The position numbers and the translations under genes are program-made. Shown here in pieces: positions 1-10,152 of a stretch of 64,000 nt of DNA. The notes beneath the pieces were generated by a model, which ran no database searches, was not told where the DNA came from, and saw nothing but the letters and a program-made list of their open reading frames with translations. Within the stretch, counting starts at the first letter, position 1. Each line of letters begins with the position of its first letter. The stretch comes from Candidatus Uhrbacteria bacterium RIFOXYC2_FULL_47_19 (GTDB taxonomy: Bacteria; Patescibacteriota; Patescibacteriia; SG8-24), in the NCBI GenBank assembly GCA_001791745.1, contig MGFG01000010.1, positions 3,351-67,350 of the forward strand, given 5' to 3'.

Positions 1-1495
1 TAGTGCTCGAACAGTCACCTGCTCCGAGGGCACAGCTCGTACCATCATAGGTGCCGGATGTAGTGATATCCACGTTGGCACCATAACCGTAGGTCTGACC
101 GATACCCATGACATCAGTCGTAGAATCGACATAAGTCAGGATTGTCTCAGTGGTACCGGTTCGGGCACCAGCCGAGATGTCGGCGTAGACGTCGAAAGTC
201 CGATTGGCACCCTTCTCCAATAGGTACGGCGTACCCAGAACGAAGGTCACCCGGTCGTTCGAGTCATAACCAGCGGCTGTAGCCATGGTAGTGCTGGCCT
301 GCTTCAACTTCAGATTGGTGATGTTGGCCGTGCTGACCGCGCCGCCCTGGAATAGGGTGATGCGCTCAAGGCTGACATCCTCACCGGTGCCGGCCGCGAC
401 CTGGAACTTACCGATCAGCTGCTCGAGACCGCCAGCCATCACGTTGGACAGTGGGACAGCGCCCTGCTTGGTGATCGTAAGGGTTCCGGACGAAGCGTTC
501 GACATGGTGAACTGCGGGCCGGAGACCGGCAGACCGCTCACCGAAGTCGTACCGTACTTCAGGTCAGTCAAAGACAGCATGTGAACGTTGCCGGAGTTCG
601 CTGTAGTAGCGAGATCGGCGGCGATCCACAGGGTCTTGGTGCCGTGGGCCGGGACGGAGATGCTCAAACCATTGAAGGCTGAGTCGCCAGTCGATGAGTT
701 CACCGTGCGTCCGGTCGTCAGACGGACGTTGCCGTCATAGAGGTAGACGTAGGAGAAGTCGGCCGTCTGACCGGCTCCGCTGCGGTGAACAGTCAAAGAA
801 TTGACCGTCATGGCATCGGCGCCGCCGTTGACCACATCAAACTTCAGCATATTGACGCCGGTTGCACCCTTCGGCAGGGTCGAACCAACTGGCATCGAAG
901 AACTGGCGCGAACGCTCAGGCTCGCGGACGAGCTGGCGCTGATGTTCTTATCGACATTGATCGAGGTAGCAGCGGCTGAGACGTCAGCGACGACAAAATC
1001 AGCGGCAGCGGCGATGTCGGAGCCGATCGTGTAGTTCACGAAAAAGGCATCCGGTACATCCTCGATCATGGTGTTCCAGGAAGCTCCGTAAAGCTCCGTG
1101 GCGAGCGCCTCGGTCTGGACCCAGCGAAGGGTACCGTTGGCGTCGACCGCGTAAACCTTAGGATCGGTCTGGATCTTAACCATCTTGACACCCGGCTTAT
1201 AGGTGGCATTGCCGCCGATCGGCATGGCCGCCAGTTCCGCGTCTGTCACAACTTGGACAGTCGAGAAATCCGAGTACCAGGTCTTGTAAGTCTTCTCGTT
1301 CGGGAAGACATAGCGTCTGCCGTTCGCGCCGACGTAGTAAACCGCCGGCAGAGAACCGCGCACCAAGTCGCCAGAAGCCGCTGCGTTGACCGTTAAAGGT
1401 GCAACTAGGGCAGCTAATCCGACAGACCAGGCGATCGTCGCAGCGACCACTGCAACGGTAAACGCCTTCCTGCTCATTCTTAAAACGTTGTGCAT
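1..1495 (-). CDS. Large secreted surface/S-layer-like protein, 5' portion (continues past window start)
   Basis: Absent from the ORF track because it is truncated. Manual translation from ATG 1495 (alt 1477): MHNVLRMSRKAFTVAVVAATIAWSVGLAALVAPLTVNAAASGDLVRGSLPAVYYVGANGRRYVFPNEKTYKTWYSDFS. Signal peptide, CPR-type YY..G.R.VFPNE.TY..WY module, T/G/A/V-rich beta region, GC-rich codons. Confidence 0.85.
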   Translation of the reverse strand, partial: MHNVLRMSRKAFTVAVVAATIAWSVGLAALVAPLTVNAAASGDLVRGSLPAVYYVGANGRRYVFPNEKTYKTWYSDFSTVQVVTDAELAAMPIGGNATYKPGVKMVKIQTDPKVYAVDANGTLRWVQTEALATELYGASWNTMIEDVPDAFFVNYTIGSDIAAAADFVVADVSAAATSINVDKNISASSSASLSVRASSSMPVGSTLPKGATGVNMLKFDVVNGGADAMTVNSLTVHRSGAGQTADFSYVYLYDGNVRLTTGRTVNSSTGDSAFNGLSISVPAHGTKTLWIAADLATTANSGNVHMLSLTDLKYGTTSVSGLPVSGPQFTMSNASSGTLTITKQGAVPLSNVMAGGLEQLIGKFQVAAGTGEDVSLERITLFQGGAVSTANITNLKLKQASTTMATAAGYDSNDRVTFVLGTPYLLEKGANRTFDVYADISAGARTGTTETILTYVDSTTDVMGIGQTYGYGANVDITTSGTYDGTSCALGAGDCSST

Positions 1496-1708
1496 AACGT
1501 TTGGTCCTTTTTTTTATTCACCTTCGCACTTAATTTGCGCGAAAGGTTAGGTTACCGAGTGCGACTCGGGTTACCGAATCTCGACCTTTCAGCCCTGCGG
1601 TTAGTTAGCGTATATACAGGTCTCGCGACCGTTCGTCGGGACCGTCTCCGGCTGCCTGCCATTACAGGGAGGCTCACCGCGGGACGATTCCCCAACCGAC
1701 AGTCCGTC

Positions 1709-2866
1709 CTAACGGCTGCCAGACCCAACAGCGTCGTCCGACTTGGTGTCGGCCGACTCTGCCGGTTCTGCAGATGTTGCGTTCTCGTCGTTGTTGTCGC
1801 TACCCGAATTCACGGCGGAATCTTCGGATTCCTCTGCATCTTTCTGGTCTGCACTATCTTGGCTCTCGTCCACTTCCTCGTTTATAGCTTCCTCATCCTG
1901 AATCACGGCTTCTTCGGCCTCCTTGGTCAACTCAGCCACTTCGACGATCTTACCCAGAGCAGCCTTGTAGTCTTCCTTCTCTATAAGAAGCTTGGCTTCG
2001 GCAATAGCTGTCTTGGCTCTAATAGCCGGCGACTTCTCTTCGAAAACATCCTGATCAGCAATGACCGAGTCGAGGTTATGCTCGGCCTGCTTGATCCGAT
2101 CCTCAAACTTACTAACCACTATGGAACGCGAAGCACGCTCATCACCATCAATGTGACTGCGAACGATAATAGACATAGCAGCAATCGCCGTATCGTCGAT
2201 GCTGTTGCGAGTAGCACTAACTGCCACCCGTCTCTCGGACGGTAAGGTGTTAGCTGCTTTTTGCAGCAAACCTTGATAAGTGGTCATCTTGCGTTCGAGC
2301 ATCTTGGCCAACTCAACCGCACCGTCCGGATCATCCGCTTGCAACTTTTCTAATCCACTTCGCAAAGCAACCACATTGCGTTCGAAAGATACTAAGACAT
2401 CAGGCAATAACTCTTGATGCTTATCCGAGGACTCAGCCAATCGAGCAATCTCGTCGATGCGACGATCAGCGAACTCGACATCTAAACCAAACTTGTACTC
2501 ATCATTCGGTGACAATGCCAACTGCACATGCTCGACCGCCATCTTCACTCCATAAAGCATCTCACCAGGCATGGCGCCGTGATACATCTGGGCCGAGGCT
2601 AGTCCGCCGCCTAGTACTGTACCGATCACCAAAAGAAAGATGCCGAAAGTTCTGACCGCCATGGTCGCAGTTTCGAGCGGCATGAAGATACCAAAAAGGT
2701 GGTGCAGTTGCTCGAGTGTCTTAGGTCTTCGTTCCGCATCCGTCGTGTTCGAGACCTGCATCAGCAGAATCTCTCGGTTGCGGGTAACCCAATCCTCGCG
2801 CGGGGCACCACCTCGCCGTTCATCTCTTATTGTCTGCAGCAACTTTTTGGTCGTGTTCTGTGTCAT
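1709..2866 (-). CDS. DUF5667-like membrane protein, putative anti-sigma partner
   Basis: Likely start ATG 2866 (MTQNTTKK), overlapping the sigma gene. One TM helix, then AMPGEMLYGVKMAVE...ADRRIDE motif and an acidic tail. Confidence 0.75.
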   Translation of the reverse strand: MTQNTTKKLLQTIRDERRGGAPREDWVTRNREILLMQVSNTTDAERRPKTLEQLHHLFGIFMPLETATMAVRTFGIFLLVIGTVLGGGLASAQMYHGAMPGEMLYGVKMAVEHVQLALSPNDEYKFGLDVEFADRRIDEIARLAESSDKHQELLPDVLVSFERNVVALRSGLEKLQADDPDGAVELAKMLERKMTTYQGLLQKAANTLPSERRVAVSATRNSIDDTAIAAMSIIVRSHIDGDERASRSIVVSKFEDRIKQAEHNLDSVIADQDVFEEKSPAIRAKTAIAEAKLLIEKEDYKAALGKIVEVAELTKEAEEAVIQDEEAINEEVDESQDSADQKDAEESEDSAVNSGSDNNDENATSAEPAESADTKSDDAVGSGSR

Positions 2867-3428
2867 TGCTATCAAACGATTCGCCCAGGGCTTTAACGGC
2901 CCGATGCGCCATAACGCGCACATGCGATGCCGACTTGCCGAGGGCGGATGCGATCTCGCGATTAGACATGCCGTCGAGATACTTCATCACCACCACCTCT
3001 CGGTAGTCGTCCTTCAGGCCACGCAGCCGCTCGGCCACGCGAACCATATCCAGTTTGGAATCAACTGCTCTAGCAAGTTGCTCGCTGACCATATCGGCCG
3101 GCTCATCAGTTGCTATAGCCTCGTCGAGCGACACATCACAGCGCTCGCAAGCCGTCGAACGATACCAATCGATAACCACTGAGCGGGCCACACTATATAG
3201 AAGGGCCTGCAGATGTGGTACGTCCCTCTTCTCCATCAAGTAGCGCCAAGCCTTGAGGAACGTCTCGGATGTGAGGTCCTCGGCTACCTCTGCAGAAGGC
3301 ACTTTGAAGTAAATGAAGCGGTAGACCCGACTGACATAAAAGTCATAGATCTCACCAAACGCTTCGGAGTCCTTCTTGGCCCTTATGCGGAAGAGCAGGA
3401 ACTTCTCTTTTAATATTCGACCATTCAT
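2820..3428 (-). CDS. ECF RNA polymerase sigma-70 factor
   Basis: Region 2 (AFGEIYD...AEDLTSETFLKAW) and region 4 (YREVVVMKYLDGMSNREIASALGKS); start ATG 3428. Confidence 0.93.
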   Translation of the reverse strand: MNGRILKEKFLLFRIRAKKDSEAFGEIYDFYVSRVYRFIYFKVPSAEVAEDLTSETFLKAWRYLMEKRDVPHLQALLYSVARSVVIDWYRSTACERCDVSLDEAIATDEPADMVSEQLARAVDSKLDMVRVAERLRGLKDDYREVVVMKYLDGMSNREIASALGKSASHVRVMAHRAVKALGESFDSNDTEHDQKVAADNKR

Positions 3429-3666
3429 TGCATCAGACGGAAAAAATAGAAGTGCGTTACCGCACACAATAATTTCTTACAGTATATTCCTCTAGCAATG
3501 GGCTGTAAACGCCATATCTATATACTAAAATAAGCATAAAAAGTCAAGACTTGAGGCTCTTGAACCACAGAAAAACGCTAGGGGAAAAGATCTTTCTGTA
3601 ACGGTCCGGACTTGCCAAAATAACCCTATTTGTCTACGATAGTGTAGACAAAAAGAATTAACAGCT

Positions 3667-4065
3667 TCTGGGTCCCGGGTCTCGGCCCGGGACGACAGGG
3701 GGCTTTCTGGGTCCCGGGTCTTCGCCCTGGACGACAGGGGGCTCTGGGTCCCGGGTCTCGGCCCGGGACGACATGAAGTGGAGGGGGTCCGGAACGACAA
3801 TACTCTACTTGTCATCCCGGAAGGCCGAGCGGAGCGAGGTCTATCCGGGATCCAGGGTCCAGCTGATCCTTTTTTGCTTCTGGGTCCCGGATCTCGGCCC
3901 GGGACGACAGGGGGCTTTCTGGGTCACGGGTCTTCGCCCTGGACGACAGGGGGCTTTCTGGGTCACGGGTCTTCGCCCTGGACGACATGGTAGAGGGGTC
4001 CGGAACGACAATACTCTACTTGTCATCCCGGAAGGCCGAGCGGAGCGAGGTCTATCCGGGATCCA
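3667..4065. repeat. REP-like palindrome array A
   Basis: About 6 copies of CTGGGTC(C/A)CGG-loop-C(C/T)GGACGACA plus 2 copies of TGTCATCCCGG-aaggccgagcggagcgaggtctat-CCGGGATCCAG; internal duplication of about 215 bp. Confidence 0.92.
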
Positions 4066-4156
4066 GCGATCGGTCGGCCCACATATACCGAATATCACCG
4101 AACGACATAGACAGAAAGTAAAATTTTGAACACTCTCTATTTAAGAAGCTAAAGCC

Positions 4157-4447
4157 ATGAACGTCATCCGTGTTTCCGTCTCCGAGGCTGCCCGACTTTT
4201 TGGCGTCTCCACCAAGACCGTTCGCCGAGCTATTGCCGACGGTGAAATAACCTACGTGGTGGTTCGAGGACGTTACAAGATCAGTTTTGAGAGCTTGGTC
4301 AAATGGTCCCAACACCGACCATCAGTTAAGACCAAACTCGAAGAGGAGGGTATTGGCCAATTCGTCGGTCAATGGAAAATCAAGAATCGTCTTTACAGTC
4401 CCAATCCCCAAACTCTGGAACGGGAGACTCAAAAGATCCAGTCATGA
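4157..4447 (+). CDS. Excisionase-like HTH_17 DNA-binding protein
   Basis: SVSEAARLFGVSTKTVRRAIADGEI HTH motif; ATGA overlap with next gene. Confidence 0.85.
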   Translation: MNVIRVSVSEAARLFGVSTKTVRRAIADGEITYVVVRGRYKISFESLVKWSQHRPSVKTKLEEEGIGQFVGQWKIKNRLYSPNPQTLERETQKIQS

Positions 4448-6480
4448 ACTGCTGCCACAAGATACAACTAATGACGTTCGTCATCCTGCTGCTTGCCGTG
4501 ATGCCAAGTTTAGCTTCGGCCGAACTCAAGATAGCGCCGGACAAATTTGTTCGGTCAGCCAACTATTACCTAGAAGCAGGTATTGGCATTCCCCCCTCCG
4601 ATCATGAACGCTTGGCCAAATACGACCTGTTGATCCTGCCAGCTGAAGCCCAGATCTATAATCGAAGTCTGTTTACCGATCTACGACGTCTGAATCCGAA
4701 CATTACCATCCTAGCCTACGTTCCAACCAAGTCATACAACTTTCAATACTGGTTCGATAGTTTGCATGACAAGCTAGCTAATCGCATTCAAGATTCATGG
4801 TGGTTACTGAGCTCGTCAGGTGGACCCACTTCGGTCTGGCCCGGAACGCGAATGCTCAACATGGTTTCACCTTGGAGTAAAGAGTTACCTAAATATGTTA
4901 AAGAAGATATCTGGTCAACCGGACTCTGGGATGGAATCTTTTACGACGAATTTTCAGTCACTGCCTCTTGGGTGAACGGCGGCGACATCGACATTCACCG
5001 CAACGGAGTGCGTGATGATCCACGACTGGTCGATGTAGCTTGGGAACGAGCTACGATCAATATGTTACGTGACACCAGAGAACTACTTGGTCCGTCGGCC
5101 GTCATTATTACGAATGGAGATTCAGCCGCTTCGGTCCAACCGTATCTCAACGGACGGATGTATGAATCGTTTCCCACACCTTGGGAAGGTAGCGGTAAAT
5201 GGCAGGATTCATTTTCGAGTTATCTCCGGCTGCACAATGAAGTTGGTTACCGACCGGTTTTTGTCATCAACGCCAGTACGACCAGAAATCAAGGAGCGGC
5301 CAACTGTCGACAAGCTAGGTTCGCTCTGGCTTCAACTTTGATGGGAGATGGATTCTTTAGCTACGACCACGGCGAAGAAGAGCATAGCCAAATTTGGTGG
5401 TGCGATGAACAAGATGCCAATCTAGGCAATCCAATAGGACCGTCAATTAATCAGTCGACCGGTAACTCTGTAACAATGTCGGGGGTCTGGCGTCGCGATT
5501 TTGAAAACGGTGTCGCTCTTCTTAACTCGACAGACCGATCACAGACTATTTCGTTTGAGGCTGAAATGGAACGACTACGCGGCACACAGGATCCAACCGT
5601 CAACAACGGTCAAATTGCTAAGTCGGTCACTTTAGCGCCGCAGGACGGTATAATTCTACTAAGGCCAATTGGCTCCATCTCTGGTTCGGTTTTTATTAAC
5701 GGTGCTTTCGCTCGACTTTACGACCAGAACGGTCGCCAACTACGTAACGGATTCTTCGTTTATATACCGCCGTTCTCTGGTTCCGACCAAGTGCTTTTGG
5801 ACGACATTGATGGCGATGGCCACAAAGAACGGCTAGTGGCCAATCAAAAAGAGATCAGGATTTACGGATCCGATGGAAAACTACGCCTAACCTTCGAGCC
5901 GTACGGATCAAAATACTCACAGGGAGTCAGTCTGGCGGTTGGTGATGTGAATGGTGATGGACAAATTGAAATTGTAACCGGTACAGGACAAGGGGCCGAA
6001 CCGCTAGTTAAAATCTTTGACTTAAAAGGACAGCAGATTGGACCTGGCTTCATGGCCTATGGTCAACGCTTTCATGGTGGCGTTCATGTAGCGACCGGCG
6101 ACGTCTATGGTATCGGACGAGATATGATCATAACTGGTGCCGGACCGAGTGGTGGACCTCACGTTCGTGTATTTGATCGATATGGTCAGGTCTGGGCTCA
6201 ATTCTTTGCCTACGATCAACACTTCAGCGGTGGTGTCGAGGTGGCAGCTGGAGATTTAAACGGTGATGGACTAGACGAAATAGTGACCGGTGCTGGACCA
6301 GGAGGTGGTCCACATATCAGAATTTTCAACGTCTGGACCAAACCAATTGGTGGATTCTTTGTCGGCGACCCCAAAACATTCGCTGGGGTACATGTCGCTG
6401 TCTCAGATACAAACAACGACGGATACGACGAGATAATCGCCCTGTCGACCGATATATTCAAACTCTCGGCCGGCCGCTAG
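4444..6480 (+). CDS. Secreted putative glycoside hydrolase (GHL15-like TIM barrel) with C-terminal FG-GAP repeats
   Basis: Signal peptide; WDGIFYD and GVWRRDFENGVALLN motifs; repeated VAxGDxxGDGxxEIVTGAGPGGGPHVRxF. Confidence 0.75.
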   Translation: MNCCHKIQLMTFVILLLAVMPSLASAELKIAPDKFVRSANYYLEAGIGIPPSDHERLAKYDLLILPAEAQIYNRSLFTDLRRLNPNITILAYVPTKSYNFQYWFDSLHDKLANRIQDSWWLLSSSGGPTSVWPGTRMLNMVSPWSKELPKYVKEDIWSTGLWDGIFYDEFSVTASWVNGGDIDIHRNGVRDDPRLVDVAWERATINMLRDTRELLGPSAVIITNGDSAASVQPYLNGRMYESFPTPWEGSGKWQDSFSSYLRLHNEVGYRPVFVINASTTRNQGAANCRQARFALASTLMGDGFFSYDHGEEEHSQIWWCDEQDANLGNPIGPSINQSTGNSVTMSGVWRRDFENGVALLNSTDRSQTISFEAEMERLRGTQDPTVNNGQIAKSVTLAPQDGIILLRPIGSISGSVFINGAFARLYDQNGRQLRNGFFVYIPPFSGSDQVLLDDIDGDGHKERLVANQKEIRIYGSDGKLRLTFEPYGSKYSQGVSLAVGDVNGDGQIEIVTGTGQGAEPLVKIFDLKGQQIGPGFMAYGQRFHGGVHVATGDVYGIGRDMIITGAGPSGGPHVRVFDRYGQVWAQFFAYDQHFSGGVEVAAGDLNGDGLDEIVTGAGPGGGPHIRIFNVWTKPIGGFFVGDPKTFAGVHVAVSDTNNDGYDEIIALSTDIFKLSAGR

Positions 6481-6493
6481 CGACCATTTATAT

Positions 6494-8467
6494 ATGAAAG
6501 ATCTAGATCCAAAAAATGAGAATGATCACCAGGACCATCTCGAAGTCGAGCCGGTTCCAATCAAAGAGCTCGAAAAGGTGAGAAGTCAGGAGATTGAATC
6601 AGCGAATCAATCTGTTAGTAGTGGTCGTAATATTTTTATTGGTACGCTCAATGTTTTTATTGGTCCAATGCGTGCTTTTATTGATCCGGTCAAAAAGGTC
6701 TGCTACCCGACACTCTCTGCACACTGGGACCAAAAATATAAACAACCGTTTGCTCATCATGCCTGGAAAATTCTACTTTTCGACTTGGTATTGTTATTTT
6801 TGGCCAGCTCTTTGGCTGTATCATTAGTTTTAATCTACAAGTTTCTACCGCCGGTCAGTCCACCCGACTTAGTATCGGTCACCCTAGCTTGGCCCGACCA
6901 AATCACGAGCGGAACAGAAACTGATCTAGTACTGAGTTACACCAACCGAACGGATCAAACACTAAAGGATGGTCGTCTAATAATCGAACTGCCGAGTAAC
7001 TTTATTCCCCTCCAATTCAATCAACCAGAAGAAACTACAACCGAACCAGACCAGCCTGTCAGTTTTAAGTTGGGTAACTTAGCACCGGATTCGACTGGCC
7101 GAGTAACTATTTCTGGTCAGCCTTTTGGTTCGCCTAATGATGAACTACCGATTTTAATTCGACTATCATACTGGGAAGACGGTTTAGCTGAAATCACGGA
7201 GCAGTCTGCTTTCTACCAACTACATATCGACAACACTCCACTCGAGCTGGCCCTTAATTTCGAGCAGCCATTTCTCTACGATACCGTCAGCACTATACGT
7301 CTGACCTACGCTAATCGCGGCGAACAACTGTTGCACAGTACAATAATCAAACTAATACTGCCGCCGGAATTCACCTTGTCCGGTTCGACACCCCTACTCT
7401 CGGAAGGACAAATCTGGAAAATGAGTGACCTTGCTCCGGGTAAGTCAGGAGTACTAACTCTTCATGGGCGACTGGACCATGGAGGAACGCCTAGTTTTGG
7501 TGCCATCGGTTCGGTACTCGAACCAATTAGTGGACTAGAACTAGAGATGAATCAAATACACAGCAACCCGGATGCAGTCGCCACCGGTTTTGAGCTCAGT
7601 CATGATCTACATGGCATGTCATCAATAAGACCGGGAGAAACTGTTAATATCACGGTCAACTATGCCAATCATGGTAACCAGTCGATACATGACATTATTT
7701 TGAAACTCGAAACTGACGAACGTTTTCTGGAGTTAGGTGAAGTGCCCATTCAAACCTGGACATCAAAAGATATTCCGGAGTTAGACGAATTGAAGCCAGG
7801 ACAAAGTGGATCGCTAGAGACTACTTTCAAAGTAAAAAAGAGAATCGGTTACGACAGCTTACAAGGAGATACGTCAGCTGCACTGAGACTAACAGCTACT
7901 GCCGAATACCATCTCGAAAACAATCAATCTAAAATTTTCCGTACCGACAGCGGTACTTCAGACTTACCAATATCGACAACAATGAACATTGATGCGTCAA
8001 CCCTTTACTATACAGAGTCTGGCGATCAGTTGGGGCTTGGACCACTACCACCAACTGTCGACCAAACAACTAGTCTCTGGGTCATGATTGCACTCGATAA
8101 CGGAATTAACTCGGCCCGCGATGTACAACTCACCGCCCTGCTCCCTGTTGGTAGTATTTGGACCGGACGTACTAATGTCGCAATTGGCGAACCCCTCATT
8201 CACATCTCTGATGAACGAAAAGTCGTTTGGCGAATTAATGACCTGCCTGCACTCGCTGGCTGGTTCGGTCCAAGACCCACTGCCGGCTTTGAAATCGAAT
8301 TCACCCCAACTAAGAATGACGTTGGTACGGCACCCAACCTAGTCGAGTACCTAACTCTAACGGGTATCGACGCTGTAACCGGAGTCAGAATAATGTCTGA
8401 AGCCGAACCAGTAACAACCGAAGTGCGTTTCGGTAACGAAGAAGAACGACAAGGATTGGTCAGATAA
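6494..8467 (+). CDS. Membrane-anchored protein with tandem DUF11/Ig-like domains
   Basis: One TM helix; repeated Y.N.G...L....L.L and W....L.PG.SG motifs. Confidence 0.7.
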   Translation: MKDLDPKNENDHQDHLEVEPVPIKELEKVRSQEIESANQSVSSGRNIFIGTLNVFIGPMRAFIDPVKKVCYPTLSAHWDQKYKQPFAHHAWKILLFDLVLLFLASSLAVSLVLIYKFLPPVSPPDLVSVTLAWPDQITSGTETDLVLSYTNRTDQTLKDGRLIIELPSNFIPLQFNQPEETTTEPDQPVSFKLGNLAPDSTGRVTISGQPFGSPNDELPILIRLSYWEDGLAEITEQSAFYQLHIDNTPLELALNFEQPFLYDTVSTIRLTYANRGEQLLHSTIIKLILPPEFTLSGSTPLLSEGQIWKMSDLAPGKSGVLTLHGRLDHGGTPSFGAIGSVLEPISGLELEMNQIHSNPDAVATGFELSHDLHGMSSIRPGETVNITVNYANHGNQSIHDIILKLETDERFLELGEVPIQTWTSKDIPELDELKPGQSGSLETTFKVKKRIGYDSLQGDTSAALRLTATAEYHLENNQSKIFRTDSGTSDLPISTTMNIDASTLYYTESGDQLGLGPLPPTVDQTTSLWVMIALDNGINSARDVQLTALLPVGSIWTGRTNVAIGEPLIHISDERKVVWRINDLPALAGWFGPRPTAGFEIEFTPTKNDVGTAPNLVEYLTLTGIDAVTGVRIMSEAEPVTTEVRFGNEEERQGLVR

Positions 8468-8490
8468 CACAACTAACGGATACAGATACC

Positions 8491-8515
8491 AAAAAGCTCC
8501 CCCACGGGAGCTTTT
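8491..8515. terminator. Bidirectional intrinsic terminator
   Basis: AAAAAGCTCCC-ccac-GGGAGCTTTT between convergent genes. Confidence 0.75.
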
Positions 8516-9699
8516 CAATTCTTGAAACTGTTGATTGGAATCTGGGCAACTAGTTCTTCAACCGGCTCGGCTTGTGGTCGTAAGCCGTGATAGACACTGT
8601 CTACCAACCTAGCTACATCATCCCAGTGGTAATTCTCAACCACAAATTCCTTAGCTCCGGCACCTTTGCGTACTACCAGCTGAGGATTAGTGATCAAGAA
8701 AGTTAATTTGTCCTCGAGATCACAAACATCGGTGTTACGAAAATTAATACCGTGTGTTCGAGTGACTTCCACATTTTCCGGAATGTCTGAAGCTAGTACA
8801 GTCTTGCCATAAGACATGGCTTCCAAAATTACGATCGGCAATCCTTCAGATTCGGACGGCAAAATAAAGGCGTACGAATTCCTGAACAGACGATCATGAG
8901 GCGCACCTTGCAACGAACCGGTAAAAATAATATCTGAATCATCGGAGGCCATCTTCTTAATTTCAGCAACGTAATCATTAGTGAACGCTGAATCACCAAC
9001 AAAAACGAGCTTCAGATCACCAACCAATCTGCGCTTCTTCAAATTTTTGTAAGCCTCAATCAGATAGTGAGCACCCTTATGACGAACCAAACGTGACACC
9101 ATGAGCAAATAGCCATTCGGCTTCAAGCCATACCTTTCCAGAGTTCCATCGTCCTCGACGACAGCTTCGGGTTCGGTGATACCGTTCGGTATATACTCAG
9201 TTCGATTGGGATACAAATTGTCACAATAGGACTGCAGTGTTTTAGACACGACAATGGTCTTGTGCGGAAACGTGCAAGCAAACCGTTCGCCGAGCTTGAG
9301 CATGAGACGCGCAAACAAACCCCACTTCTGGTGCTTACGATCAATACAATGAAAAGTCGAAACCACTTTAATGCGAGGTGCCAACAATCGAGGTAACCAA
9401 GACATTAGTGATGGTCCGACACCATGATAATGAATAATGTCGGTTCCGGTAAAAATGGCGTGCAAAGTTGCGATGAAAGTATGAACAATAGCATCCAAAT
9501 TTTTAGTCTTGATGGTCGGCACAACAATCGATCGAACACCAACTGAAAAATTAGGATTGGATCGACCGTACCAAGCACGGGTATAGACCGTCACCTGATG
9601 TCCTGTCGAACCTAATCGCACAGCCAAAGACTCGACGTGTCGCTCAACACCGCCGAATTTAATCGGAATTCCCTTTTGGCCAATCATGGCGATACGCAT
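8515..9699 (-). CDS. Glycosyltransferase family 4
   Basis: MRIAMIGQKGIP..FGGVERHV start; PSESEGLPIVILEAMSYG (EX7E) motif. Confidence 0.93.
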   Translation of the reverse strand: MRIAMIGQKGIPIKFGGVERHVESLAVRLGSTGHQVTVYTRAWYGRSNPNFSVGVRSIVVPTIKTKNLDAIVHTFIATLHAIFTGTDIIHYHGVGPSLMSWLPRLLAPRIKVVSTFHCIDRKHQKWGLFARLMLKLGERFACTFPHKTIVVSKTLQSYCDNLYPNRTEYIPNGITEPEAVVEDDGTLERYGLKPNGYLLMVSRLVRHKGAHYLIEAYKNLKKRRLVGDLKLVFVGDSAFTNDYVAEIKKMASDDSDIIFTGSLQGAPHDRLFRNSYAFILPSESEGLPIVILEAMSYGKTVLASDIPENVEVTRTHGINFRNTDVCDLEDKLTFLITNPQLVVRKGAGAKEFVVENYHWDDVARLVDSVYHGLRPQAEPVEELVAQIPINSFKN

Positions 9700-9871
9700 A
9701 ATACTGATCGATCTTTTTGATGCTTCTAAATAACCGCATACTTTAGCATAAAAAGTCGTTTTTGTCAAGTCTTTACTCCAGCCCAAAGAGGTCTAAGTCG
9801 AAGTAAAATAATCACAATTTAACTCAAAAAATAGCCAAAATAAGCCAAAAAACTTTATACACAATCAATCC

Positions 9872-9900
9872 TTGGCCGTCAGCTAAATTTCAGTTATATT
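9872..9900 (+). promoter_or_regulatory. Sigma70-type promoter upstream of the AsnRS-like gene
   Basis: TTGGCC-17bp-TATATT. Confidence 0.5.
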
Positions 9901-10152
9901 GTCTTTTGAATGTATACGCCCAATCCACAACCAATCGACCTAACAAATAGGACGCGAGTAGAGCGAGCCAGGGGGGCTCTTTTTTTCTACATACCTATTT
10001 TACCGAAATGGACGACCATTCGACCGGCGGCGATCAGTTGCTTGTTGGCCGATGGCATCGGCATCATTCCCTATCGTCGTTTCGACGGACTGACAACAGT
10101 CCGTCTTTTTTATCCTGCCAATTAACCCCAATTGGGGAATAACCAAAAACGT

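Noticed and set aside
285..2245. Plus-strand ORFs
   Set aside because: Antisense shadows of the minus-strand surface protein and DUF5667 genes.
3525..4129. ORFs within REP arrays (also 17657-18143, 22290-22774, 23805-24277, 27366-27933)
   Set aside because: They translate palindromic repeats or tmRNA; the same peptides recur in each array.
4157..4447. Excisionase as a prophage marker
   Set aside because: No integrase or phage genes; translationally coupled to a host surface gene.
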